Origin: Klebsormidium nitens
Lineage: Eukaryota; Plantae; Klebsormidiophyceae
Direction: 5' to 3'
DNA length: 32,457 nucleotides
Assembly (NCBI GenBank): GCA_000708835.1
Contig: DF237749.1
Span: 1-32,457 of the forward strand
Both the position numbers and the translations under genes were made by a program. The notes below the pieces were generated by a model that saw only the letters and a program-made list of their open reading frames with translations, did no database searches and was not told the origin of the DNA. Shown piece by piece: positions 11,601 through 22,715 of the stretch. The stretch's first letter is position 1. Every line of letters starts with the position of its first letter.

Positions 11601-12609
11601 CGATCTGAGCTTTCTTAGCAGGGCTGTGTTTGGAGTCGGGGTGTCAGAAAAGTTTTCACTGTGGTATACCATCCGTTTGAGCGATCCACTCAGTAAGTTG
11701 GAACAAAAGAGCAAGAGTCCGAGCACTCGAACCTGGATGAACTGTCTTTCCTTTCTAGGGAAAAAAGTAACGAGTACACGGCGCGCTTGTAAGAGACATT
11801 CTTTGATCGATAGGTGGCGTGTCCCGTGACTGTATAGTTTAAAAGGTGCGACTATACCACCTTGGGGGTAGCCTTTGTTGGTCAAGAATCAGGAGATCTG
11901 AGAAAGTTCGACATTCGGGATATCTGACATAACCTGACATCTGACATGACTGGGGTTCAGGGGATGCCAGCTGAAAGGTCACATTCTACATACCAGGAAG
12001 GGGGCCCCTTCTGCTTCACGTCCCAGGAACTTCATTGACAACTTTTGGCCTCCCCATGACTTTCTATGCTCTTCGCACTGGGAAGAGGTCGTAGCAAGAT
12101 GACATTTGACGCAAAGGGTCGCGCTCCTCAGCGTTGCATTGAAAAGTTACTCTTAAGTACCTGTGTCTCGATTCAAACCAGGTTTTTGATGCATGTAAGG
12201 AAAAGCGGAGGAGGGGGCTCACTTCCGCATACGCACAGACCCCCTGGTGCTGCTTCCACTCGCTCGCGCGCACCGCCCCCTCCTCACACCCCACGTTCCC
12301 GCACTTCACGAGCGCCCCCCGTAGCTCCGCCGCCAGGCCCCCATTCGGAGTTACCCCCCCTTCCGAGCCGCAGTCCGCTCTGCAAATTGGACATGTCTTT
12401 GGGGGGGGAATCGGGGTCGCAACATGGGGGGAATGCATCTGCCGGTGCGTCTCGTGCGCGAACGCGAGCGTTATGCACGTTCGGCAGAAGGAGTGGCGGC
12501 AGGGGGTGGAGTGGGGGTCCTCCATGATCTCGAGGCACAGGGGGCACACCCAGTGGTCTTTGGGAGTCTTGAGGACGCCGGGGGGGGAGGGGGGACTATT
12601 GGCAGCCAT
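5628..12609 (-). CDS. RING-HC E3 ligase-like protein with two TRAF-type zinc fingers, a coiled coil and a multi-pass membrane C-terminal region (about 527 aa, 9 core exons)
   Basis: Exons (minus) 12609-12223, 11549-11358, 10742-10611, 9853-9643, 8836-8717, 7925-7783, 7329-7231, 6625-6461, 5762-5628 are phase-compatible and GC3-rich. RING: CPLCLEIMEDPHSTPCRHSFCRTC...CPIC. TRAF-type fingers: CGNVGCEEGAVRASEWKQHQGVC and CSQQPLGCHWRGVRHQLGAHELRC. Several hydrophobic segments follow. A symmetric extra exon at 8476-8345 is possible. Confidence 0.72.
6008..6495 (-). repeat. Four degenerate tandem copies of the exon 8 3' end plus donor junction in the last intron
   Basis: Original (+ strand) cttacctcgagcagcacaaaggggatccagaggctggcgta at 6456. 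Copies at 6351, 6250, 6116 and about 6015, plus an internal 31-bp duplication at 6184-6245. Confidence 0.8.
8814..9125 (-). repeat. Three ~135-140-bp tandem units containing the exon 5 acceptor junction
   Basis: caccc...ccaggatgcctgcacaaggaaa recurs at about 8814, 8948 and 9090, with the shared flank gcctcgaatacggcttct. Confidence 0.85.
9505..9590 (-). repeat. Degenerate duplicate of the exon 4 3' end plus donor (possible 75-nt cassette exon 9585-9511)
   Basis: ctcacctcccagcgctacctcaatgcccatcccgtt matches ctcacctcccagcgccactccgatgcccatcccgtt at 9638. Confidence 0.8.
9975..10145 (-). repeat. Degenerate duplicates of the exon 4 acceptor junction
   Basis: tgggcagcatgaagcagacggcctgg at about 9991 matches tgggcagcatgaagcacacggcctgg at about 9832. 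A weaker third copy lies at about 10117-10145. Confidence 0.75.
10821..10864. repeat. 10-bp tandem repeat (acctgttcta) x4.4
   Basis: Read directly from the sequence. Confidence 0.95.
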
Positions 12610-13871
12610 TTTTCAAGGGGGGTTGGGAGGGGGAGGGGGAGGGCGGCTCTGCAATCGGTGATATTGTGAACTAGGGCTGCATGAGTTTTGGGGTCGTGAA
12701 GCGTTGTGCTGCAATGGGTGACGCACTATGCTCTCACTGCGTGCCTCGGGGCTGCCTTGCTTTGATTGGTGGTCAGTCCAAAAGCTGGCAATGTTTGACA
12801 GGATTCGGAGCCTGGCTACCGGACTTGATGGAGGGTTGTTGTGGCGCAGCGCATTGAGCACGAGGCTGGAAACAAATGATGCTTGGCCCCTAAAAACCTG
12901 ATAGCGCTCAATTTGCTCCAGTCGGTCGCATCGTCCCCCAAACGTGGAACAAGCAGCTACCAATTGCCCACAGTCACGCCACAGCCCGTCCCTGCATGTC
13001 AAAATATGAGATTCTTTCACAAGCAACTGCTGTGAGCTTACAATCAAGCTGCTGCCCAATTCGGTATCCAGTAAAACCTCCTCCCCTGCTGGCTACGAAA
13101 ATCATTGCAATTCTCCTGTCAACTTTTCTACTGACGGGCCGCTTTCTAGCAAAAACCGTACACCTTTCCGATCACCAACATGACTCCTTCCTTCCGAAGT
13201 AGTGGCCCACCCTATCCCTCTGAATTTAAGTTAGCACCCAGCAGCGCCAAGATGGGAAGACTTGCTCAGACATACTCATACTCCGAGCTTGCTGCTTCCG
13301 CCCTTTCTATAGTATTTCAGGCTAGCTGACAATTTTCTACTAGCAGGACAAAAGCTAGCGTTACAATAGTAGCTAAACGGAAGGCGCGGGAGGTAACGGC
13401 ATAGGCAGGACCATCCGGCCGGATGTATTTAACTGCTCCTAGCCTTCTGGGTCTTAACGATTTCCCGGGGCTTCAACGATCGCCGGGAATACAACCGACC
13501 AAGGCAACGACAGCAAAAGTTCCAACAGAACGTGTAACGCTGCATAAAAAGATAATAAACCGCAGGTGATGTCACTCAAGAGGGATGAATGGAGCTGCGA
13601 ACTCGGTCAAATCTGAAAGATCAGGGAGGCAGCTAGGAAGGCAGGGAGGCAGGGGCAGCTCCTCGCTAACTTCGCAGCAGAGCCGCTCAGGTGGTTTCTC
13701 TCTGTCATATCTTCTGAGGTTGCTGCCTTCAAGACGCATTGAGGAGCATGCCTCTCAGCTCGCAAAAGAACCTCTTGGTGGCGCCGACTGCAAGTGCTTC
13801 CGAACTACCACCCTTCAAAGTCCAGAGATCGTCCCAAACTTGGTGGTAGAGATCACGTCAGTTTTGACAGG
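12610..13871. promoter_or_regulatory. Divergent intergenic/promoter region between the RING gene and ELP2
   Basis: Head-to-head start codons at 12609 (-) and 13872 (+). No specific sites were assigned. Confidence 0.5.
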
Positions 13872-16800
13872 ATGGACGTTCGATTGGAACATGTGGGGGT
13901 GGGGTGCAACCGGGTGGTCAATGCCGCATCTTGGGGCCCCTCAGGCCTTGTCGCATTTGGCGCACACAATGCGGTGGCTCTATACAGTCCCGAGGTGAAG
14001 CTAACAACTCGATCGCCACTGCTTCTATGCAAATCATGTGTAGCTGGAGTTGCAATCAGTAATTATGCTCGTCACAGATAGATGCACCACCATTCAAAGT
14101 CTCCACTGATGCATCGAGTGCGAAGAGGCTATTTCGCTTCCACCATTTGTAAAACCCTCCGGGAAGTATGATAGACCGGAAACTGTACTTTCTTTTGTGC
14201 GTGTGGTGTTACAAAGCTAGGAGTACTCTCTCCTCTTTTTGACCTTCATATGTTGTAGCTCAACGCAGCTTCTCAGGTGCTTGCAGTCAATTATTCTTTG
14301 CCCCCTTTGGTGCCTTTGTTTTCCCTACGCGGATTTCTCATGCAGAATTCCCTGCTCATTCAGCCTAGTCTATCTATTATGAGCTGTTATGGTTCGCCCT
14401 TGAGTTAGAGTCTAATGAGAAATTCTATTGAGACCACGTGTCCTCATTGAAGTTGTTGAACGCTCAACAACGAACCAGAAGCATCGCTTCAATACCCATC
14501 TTTCATCTGCGATACAGGATGTGAGGGTTCTTACGACACTGCCAGGACACTCCGACCGCGTCAACTGCACCGAATGGCTGCCAAGGCACTCCGCCGGCCT
14601 TCCCACAAACCATGCAAACCACCCAGTAAACCCGCCTGGAAACCATCCTGCAAACCCGGCCCCAAGCCCCCTCCCCCTCATATTGGCCTCCGGAGATGCA
14701 TCCGGCACAATCTTCCTTTGGGGACAGCAAAGCACATCCCGCCAGGACCAACCTCGTGATACATCGGAACCCAACTTCGTATCTGTAGCACACATTCCAA
14801 CTGCGCACTCTGGGGCCGTCACGTGCTTAGTCAGTCACGTTCGTACTGTTACCCCGTCGGTTCATCCAGCGAGAATTATAGAGGCCCTGTTGGTTTCAAC
14901 CTCGTCGGACGGTACAGTTAAGATCTGGGGCATCAGCAAGGGAGGGGGATCCGGACAGGGCCTGGTAGAGACCACGTGTGTGCAGACCATCTCGGTGGGA
15001 CCGAAGGTGATGATGTCAGCGGCGATGACGGCGCTTTCTGAGAGGGGGTCCAGACTGCTGTTGGCGCTTGGGGGCTTGGACAATGCAGTGCACTTGTACA
15101 CCAGCTCAGAGCACCTTCAGGTGGGTGGGGCCTTAGTAAAATAGTGATTACCGTACCGATTGTCCGGTTGTGCAGATTTTTGCCCAATGATTAGTTTTGT
15201 ATCTCATGGGCTTTGGGCAGCTTCATCTATCCATTTACTTTGTCTTTTTACGGGGCAAAATGATCTGCAAATCTTTAATTGAATTTTATTTTCAAATTTT
15301 TGGAAGTCAAAGAATGTTTGATTGTTGCCCAACCGGACAATTGGTACGGTAGTTTGTATCTGAATCGTGACTCTGATCACTTCTTTTGTTGGGTTGTTCA
15401 AAGACTAGCACATCCGGTTCTGCTATTTTATCCTTCAGGAAAGGGGTAAGAGTAATCACATTCCCTGGTCTAAGTTGTTATGTATTGCTCGCACAGGCTG
15501 TCTGGAGTAAGGATCAAAAAGTTTGGGCGTTTAGTATGCTTTTCTCTTGGGATGGGGCCACGTTATCAGGAGAGAGGCCCTGAAGTTGGCGGTTTTTGAA
15601 AAGTTGCTTGAGGCAATGGTCGAAACCGACAATGAGAGGACCATACAGTATGTATCCACGGAGTGGTTTCGCTCAATCCCAAAACGGTCAACGAAACTTC
15701 TGTGGTGTTCCTCGTGCATAAGATCAGAATTTTCTCGTGACAGATGCTTGAAACTTCCTGACTTGCCTCTGCAGTTCTCAAAGGTCTGCTCTCTGACCGG
15801 TCACCAAGACTGGGTGCGCTCCCTCGCCTTCGCTCCCCGTCCGAACCCATCTGCATCCAACCCTCCTCCGCTGCTCTTGGCAAGCGGATCTCAGGATCGC
15901 AACGTGCGCATCTGGCGCATCGCGCCCCGGAAGTCGACCTCCACGTCAGTTTTGACTACGTCTACCGAACAAGAACCGATACCCTCCACTAGCTCGACCG
16001 GAAACGGCGAATCTAACTTGCTTTCTCCGAGCACGGAGGAAGGCAACCTCGCGCTTGGCAGCAGAGTAAGCAAACAAGCAAACCCGGCGAAACCGGAAAT
16101 AAACAGGTCGAATAGCGACCCCAAAGACGAGGCCCCGGATTTGGCGGGGTTCATGAGCCTGCTGCACATGTATGCGGCGGGCCCTGTTTTCCGGGTGGGC
16201 GGCCGCGTGTGGGAGGCGTCCCTGGAGTCGCTCCTCATTGGCCACGAGGACTGGGTGCACTCGGTGCGCTGGGCGCCGCCACCTGTCGCTTCCGTACTGC
16301 CAAGTGGCACCTCCGGAGGCGCTTCTCCCAGCTCAAATGCCACAGGGAGCAATGGTCTGATTCAAAATGGTGACGCAAGTTCATTAGAGAGAAGCGCAGA
16401 GGCAGCGGAAAGGAGAGTGAGGGAAAGCGCTGCGCGGTCGTCGCTCCTGTCGGCATCCATGGACCGTACGATGATGGTCTGGCGGCCGGACGCGCGCACG
16501 GGGCTCTGGACGTCCGAGGTGACCGTCGGCGAACTGGGGGTGTCCAACCTCGGCTTTTACACCGGGCTGTGGTCCCCCCGGGGGGATGCGATTCTGGCGC
16601 ACGGTTACACGGGCTCATTTCACTTGTGGGGTCGGGAAGTTCTGGAGTCTGGGGGGGAAGAGTGGCGCCCCCGGCTGGCTGTGTCAGGCCACGTGGGGGC
16701 CGTTTCGGACTGTGAATGGGATCGGGGGGGGCGGTATCTGCTGAGCGTGAGCCAAGATCAGACGGCAAGAATACAAGCGTGCTGGCAGTGGGGGGGCCGG

Positions 16801-18946
16801 GACGCGGGCTCGAAGTCAGAGGAGAAAGGGAAAAAAACGCCCGAAAGTGATGCAGCTGGGGGGAAAGAAACACCTGTGAGTTTGGGGGGGCGGAGAGCTG
16901 GTGGCCGCGCTTCGTGGCACGAAATTGCGCGGCCGCAGGTGCACGGGCATGACATCCACTGCTGCGCGTTCGCCGGCCCGGCCGCTGACGTCAGCACAAG
17001 CACCGCTGACGTCGGCGTGTACGTCAGCGGGTCCGAGGAGAAGGTTGCGCGGGTGTTCCAGGCGCCTGAGGCCTTTCTGCAGACGCTTTCGCAGGGGGCC
17101 GGCCTAGAGGATCCTCCGTCCGGTGCACTCGGAGCAGGGGCCGAAAGTAGCGCTAAGGGTTCCACCACAGAGAAGATTCTCGGCGCAAACATGTCAGCGT
17201 TGGGGCTGTCTCAAAAGCCGATTTATGCGGCCGGGGGGGCGAACAACGGGGACAAGAACGGGGGGGAGATGGGGGGCTTGGGGGGAGAGGCGTTTGACAC
17301 GGTGCCTGAGGCGGCCCCGAAAGTGTTGGAGGAACCGCCGCTTGAAGAGCATCTGGCGCAGAACACGCTGTGGCCGGAAGTGCGGAAGCTGTACGGGCAC
17401 GGCAACGAGCTGTGGTGCATGGCCGGTGAGAAGCTAGGGTTTTGGGTCTCAGGATATAAAGGCTTAGGTTCGTACTGTTCTGGGGGATTCGTTTCGATTT
17501 CCGGCACCACAAGAAAGGTGATGTCTCTGACTGATGACGTGCCAGGCGGTTGGGAAGTGATGTTTCCACATTTTGACGATCCATTTTTTCCCGGAATCAG
17601 TGCGTATAGTTCCAGGATCTTGAGCTGCAAATGCTAGGCTGTCAAAGGGGATTGACTTACCGGCAACCTTTTTGACACTTCAAGCAAACGCAATCGACTG
17701 GCCGCTGAAGTCGATATTACTCCACACCAAGTGCATGAAAAGCTCGTCGAAGCTGGAGTGCTTGCCCTCTCGAAGCTTGAGATTAGAAGGAGGACGAGCG
17801 GGACAGGCAGTACGATGGAAGGCTTCTGCTGACGTATTCTACTTCCAACGAACACGAACCTGACCATCTAGGCCCACCGACTCGTCTTCATAATCTTGCT
17901 TCCCCAAGTTTACAAATCTTTCGACATGTCTGCTAACGGCCTTGCTTTCCATCCCAGGCGATCATTCGGGCAGAATCCTAGCGACCGCCTCTAAGGCCCA
18001 GTCCGCGGCTGCTGCCGCCATCTGGCTGTGGGACACCGCCACGTGGCAGCCTGTGGGCCAGCTGTCGGCTCACCAGCTCACGGTCACCCAGCTTGAGTTC
18101 TCGGGCGACGACCGGTTCCTGCTGGCGGTCTCCAGGGACCGCCACGTGTCGCTTTGGGAGCGCACGGGTTCGGGGTCTGTTGGAAGCGCAGCCGGCACGG
18201 GACAAAACGGCGTCGAGCCTGGTTCGAAGGATCCTCCTGGGAAAAGCGACGGAAATCCTGTGCGGAAACGCGACGAAGAGAGTGTGCCGAGCACGAGTTC
18301 GGTGGAAACCTCTTCCCGGGGGGCAATTCAAGAGCTGATTCAAGAGCTGGCGGATGGAGTGGGAAGGAACGAGCGGGATGATAAAGAGGAGGAAGGCTTG
18401 GGGAGCTGGATCAAGGAAGGGTCGTACTTGGACCGCCGGACGGTGGTACCGTCGTCCGAAACCGGTCCGCCGTACCGGTTGGTGTTCAAAGTCGAGGCGC
18501 ACAAGCGGATCGTGTGGGCAGGAACTTGGGCGCCCGACGGGCGCACCTTCGCGACCGGTTCGCGCGACAAGCTCGTCAAGATCTGGGCGGTTTCGTACGG
18601 TGCGGACGGTCGTGCGACGGGCGTCCGGGAGGTAACGAGGCTCCCGGCTTTCAGGGAGAGCGTTACGGCGCTGGCGTGGGGGGCGAGGAACGTGCTGGCG
18701 GTGGGGCTGGAAAATGGCGGCCTGGAGCTGTGGCAGGGTGAACCGGGCGGGTTAAGCTTGACCAGGCGGTTTGACGCGGGGCTCTGCCACGTGGCAGCGG
18801 TACATAGGATCAGGTGGAAGAGCGGGTATGCCGATAGATGGGCGGGTGACAGTAGACAAGCGGAGGCCAGCCAAAGCGAGAGGCTTCAGTTGGCCGCGTG
18901 CGGTGCAGACCATTCAGTGCGCATCTTCTCGATAGACTTGAGATGA
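13872..18946 (+). CDS. ELP2: Elongator complex protein 2 (WD40), 4 exons
   Basis: Exons 13872-13994, 14518-15120, 15775-17425, 17958-18946. Motifs GCNRVVNAASW, LTGHQDWVRSLAF, LIGHEDWVHSVRW, HEIARPQVHGHDI, SGSEEKVARVF, PPLEEHLAQNTLWPEVRKLYGHGNEL and HKRIVWAGTW are characteristic of ELP2. Confidence 0.93.
15149..15351. mobile_element. MITE, Tc1/mariner/pogo-type (TA-flanked), in ELP2 intron 2
   Basis: 15149-15170 taccgtaccgattgtccggttg pairs with 15330-15351 caaccggacaattggtacggta (22 bp, 1 mismatch). TA at both outer ends, AT-rich interior, no ORF. Confidence 0.7.
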
Positions 18947-19188
18947 AAATCATTGTTGGATGTACGTATCCCTGTCTCGGCGAGAAAGGACGAGTCTGTA
19001 AGGCCTGAAGTGTTTGGAAAGTAAGTACTGCTGCCCTCTGCTTGAAGTGCATGCAGTCACGTACCTACATGTTGCTTTCTGTCATGGTGGTTCTCTACCT
19101 GGCAGCTATGTAGCTGCGATGTGGTCTTTGAGTTTCCTGTATGTGGCAGTCTGCGAGCTTGAGCTTTTGCCGTCCAAGAGAAACAATC

Positions 19189-19944
19189 GATCACAAGCAA
19201 CCTCTGGTGGGTATCGGCGGTCTCGATCGCGCGACGGTCCGGTCACAAATTTGAATCACCGGTGTGTCGCGTCGCGACAATTACTGTACGCGGTACTGAC
19301 GGTCGTGCAGACCGGTACTTGAGAATCCGGTCCGAGTTCATAAATTAGAATCTGTCTGACATTCCGATCGTCAGAAACTTCCGGAGTTTCCGGCGGTACG
19401 GTACCGATCAAGTCTGACCGTACGTGAAATTTGAAAATCATGGTTTCGATCGGAAGTTCCGACTCGAACCACCCTAGAGTACCGCGGTACCTAACTTGAA
19501 AGGAGAGTGCAGAAGATGGAAACGGGAGTGTAGGGAATGGCGCTTTTTAGAAGCAAGCAATGGCGGCCAACTTTGCAGCCACGATGGTGCTTCTTCCGAT
19601 TTGTCCTCAACATAACAAGATGTTGGAGCTTCGAAGGAGCCTTCATGACGCTCTCCCAACATTTTTTTCTGCTTGTCAGAGGTTTTTATAAGCTGCATAT
19701 GGCTCTTCTTTGCGTGCCAATTTGATGCTCCTCTCAAAGTGTAAAACCTGACACTGTCTAAGAATCTCCTCACACTTACTTACGGCCCGGCAAAATTTTT
19801 CTGAGTATTTGTACCGCCCGAGTAACATAAACCTGAGTAGCCGTGACGCTAATCGCCGGTAACACTGACCATATTCGATACGCGCTAAATCGATTTGGTG
19901 GCGGCCGGAGTCGGAACGGTACCCACCATAGGTAGCTTGTGATC
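19189..19944. mobile_element. Putative non-autonomous DNA element with imperfect 28-bp terminal inverted repeats
   Basis: gatcacaagcaacctctggtgggtatcg (19189-19216) versus cggtacccaccataggtagcttgtgatc (19917-19944), 3 mismatches. The left half is dense in CG palindromes. No target-site duplication was seen. Confidence 0.5.
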
Positions 19945-20533
19945 CTGATTGCGGCGGGAGAACCATGCTTTACAAACCGTTACACAATCATATCGCGTTC
20001 TGCTATAGATTAGGCATGCTTTGAACAATCAAATCTGCCATGACAAAGCTTGACGCGTTTGCCACATGGCCGATGCAGCATTCAATATATTTAACCAAAG
20101 ACGTCGAGGCAGTGACCGCACCGTAACATATGTCGCGCTAGCTCGTGGAAGTGTATCTTATTCGGCCACGCATTCAGAACACATGTATGCATCTACGCCA
20201 CCATGTAGAAGCTGGTATGCTGCAGCCGCGGCAACGACTGCCTGGTCCTTCCGCTTCCACTATACGTGCTCGCGTTTTGTAAGCTCTGGCTTAGCGCATA
20301 ATGATCATTGAGGTACTAGCAACTGTGTGCGGCGGCCGGACAGCATTGTAATGGCTCGCTTAACGGTACGGCGCTTCTATCGGTCATATCGAATCATAGT
20401 TATCAACTGAGAACATCAGGTGCTAAAATATTAGGGCCCTACTTATGGCATACAAAGCACTCTGAGGAAGTATCAGCAACGCATGGCATGTCTTGCCCAG
20501 CAATTTGCTCAACAGCCTATTACTTGAAGAGTC

Positions 20534-22715
20534 TCATCTGTCGGCGAAGACGCTTGCGAGGAGCCCGATCTGCCCCCCCGGTACTCTGCCAATCAGACGT
20601 TGGATCGACTTTTCAAGGTCCGTCAGCGACTCGTCCATGTCGAGCTTCTGCCTAATGAGGTCTTTGGCATGCGCCACGCTGTCCACACTGAGCGCCGCCA
20701 CGCGTCCGTCGAACAGCAAGAGCGCGGCTCCGCAGTCGTTTGTAGTCCACGTGTTGCTATCGAACAGCAGGTGGTGCTTGGTGCTGCTAACCCTCAACCC
20801 AACCGCTTTCATCACGGCCGGTGACTTATTCCACCCCCCTGGGACACGAGGCAGCTGAGAGTCGTCGACAAACGTGAACAGGACCAGATCATTCCCCTCG
20901 AGAAACGGTTGATATCCGGTTAGGATCTCCAGAAAGTCGGGGGCAAGTTCGTCTACAGGCTCCAAGATCGCGAAGTCCAGTCTCGTGTCTCTTTCTAGCA
21001 CTTTGAGTTCCATGGTCCTCTCAAGCGATGGTACTTGCACCAAGACAGTATCCCCTTGCCTAAACCGTGAAGGTAAGGCGTGGTTACACGTGACCGCTCG
21101 GTTTGGCTTGAAGAAGAACCCTGCCCCGTCGAGTGGCTCCAGGGAACCGCTTGACGATGCAGGGAACTGGAACATGGCATGGTTGACTTTCTTCACGACC
21201 GCTGTTGGACAAAGGCGGTGAGCTGCAGAAGGCGGAAGAACCTGACTCAATCAGATGCTTAGCCTTTTCAGTGCAAAAAAGCCTTCAATGGAGCCTTCCT
21301 TCTCAGCAACGTAAATCAGCGGATTCAATGTGCGAATTCTCTATCAGTTTGTAACTTCATATCCGCAGCCAGAATTACTTTTCGTATCCTTAATTCAGGT
21401 AGGTGCAGCAAAATGCGTCAGACGGTGAAAAAGAATGCACAGGTGACGTCGGTCGGTCACCATAGGAAGGCCTTACCGTTCTTTTCACTCTCAGCCAAAA
21501 CGGCTCTCCAAACTTCAAGCTGCTTGACCATATGCTTTTTGCTGACAAGATGCCCCACAAGAAGGCAGGCTGTGACAGCAGCAACGACCTGCGCGAAATC
21601 ATGCAATTGCTCCCTGAGCCAACAAGATGCCAAAAGCCTACTGGCTTCACGTGCCCATAATTTTGGTCAGGATCTGCAGGGATGCGCCTTAGAAACTCCA
21701 AAAAATAAAATGATACGGTGGATCTGTAGAAGAAGGACTTCCGCGCTGAGGCGTGAAAGTAAAAATGCTCAAAAGAGATTTGAAGCAAAGCTTAGGCTTG
21801 GTTAGATGATTCACTGGTGACTAAAACCAGCTAAGATCATCACGACTTACCAACGAGGTGCCAAGCAGTAGCTCAGGCGATCGGCCGTTGAACTCTGCGA
21901 AATCACGAAGAAGGTGCAATTTATAAATACTCAGAAAGCCGTTGTAGCAGATCAGAGGCAGTGAGGCAAGTTCATGAAGCAAGTGATTACAAAAAGGATA
22001 TTGGCCTGCTCTCTCGTTTCAATTGCAATCTACTACCCAACATGGTTTGACGGAACCAATCGCCCTGAACAAAAAAGCAAAGCAGACTCGTTCAAAATTG
22101 CCATTTGCGCGCTGAATTCCCTCATTGAACGAGGTAAAAGAGATGACAGAACAAGTCTCACTGGGTGCGTTGTGATTCTCTTCATTTCGTTGCAGGCTGT
22201 ATTCCAAATAGCAGCTGTCAGCACTCACGGCGTCCATTTGCTTGCTCTGCAAGATGCGCGTTGGTTTCCTCAATTTCAGTCGGCCTTCTAAGTTACAAAG
22301 AACTCTTCAATTAACGTCTCAGATTGCTTGCATGAAAGATTGTTGTAACGAATTTGAAAACCATGGTTTTGCATACTGCATAGAAGGCTCTAATGAAGAA
22401 GCAGGCGATGCACTCCTTTCGTCCTGAATCAAGCAGACGTGGCTCAGAGTGATCAGACTAGGAAAGTACCTGGCAAAAGAGCAACTGCGTCTTCAGGACC
22501 AGGTCAACTGGAATTTCAGCAGCTTTGCAAATCCAACTGCGCCCGTTGATCCTGGCGCATGTGACTTCCCGTATGATGCTAGCATACTCACAATCTTCTA
22601 AGCAGATAAGCTGAGGTCCCTGTAAGCGCAGGGGACCTTCTGTTACTGATGCTGTGGCCACTTCTCGGCCCAGGAGAATCAGAAAAAGGAAGAATATCAG
22701 TCGAGACCACCTCAT
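20534..22715 (-). CDS. Predicted type I membrane protein: signal peptide + SARAF/DUF1183-like ectodomain + TM + cytosolic trypsin-fold protease with Cys nucleophile (391 aa, 5 exons)
   Basis: Exons 22715-22470, 22246-22162, 21894-21851, 21588-21477, 21222-20534 total 1176 nt, in frame with GT-AG junctions. Signal peptide MRWSRLIFFLFLILLGREVATA; six-Cys domain QLIC..DC..VTC..WICKA..FCQ..DSCYLEYSL; TM LLLGTSLVVAAVTACLLVGHLVS-KKH; protease motifs AVTCNHAL, LDFAIL, NDCGAALL. The protease exon is secure; its linkage to the upstream exons is inferred. Confidence 0.65.

Noticed and set aside
15891-18741. Numerous antisense and alternative-frame ORFs over ELP2 (and similarly over 29960-31690)
   Set aside because: Expected by-products of GC-rich coding sequence; no recognisable motifs.
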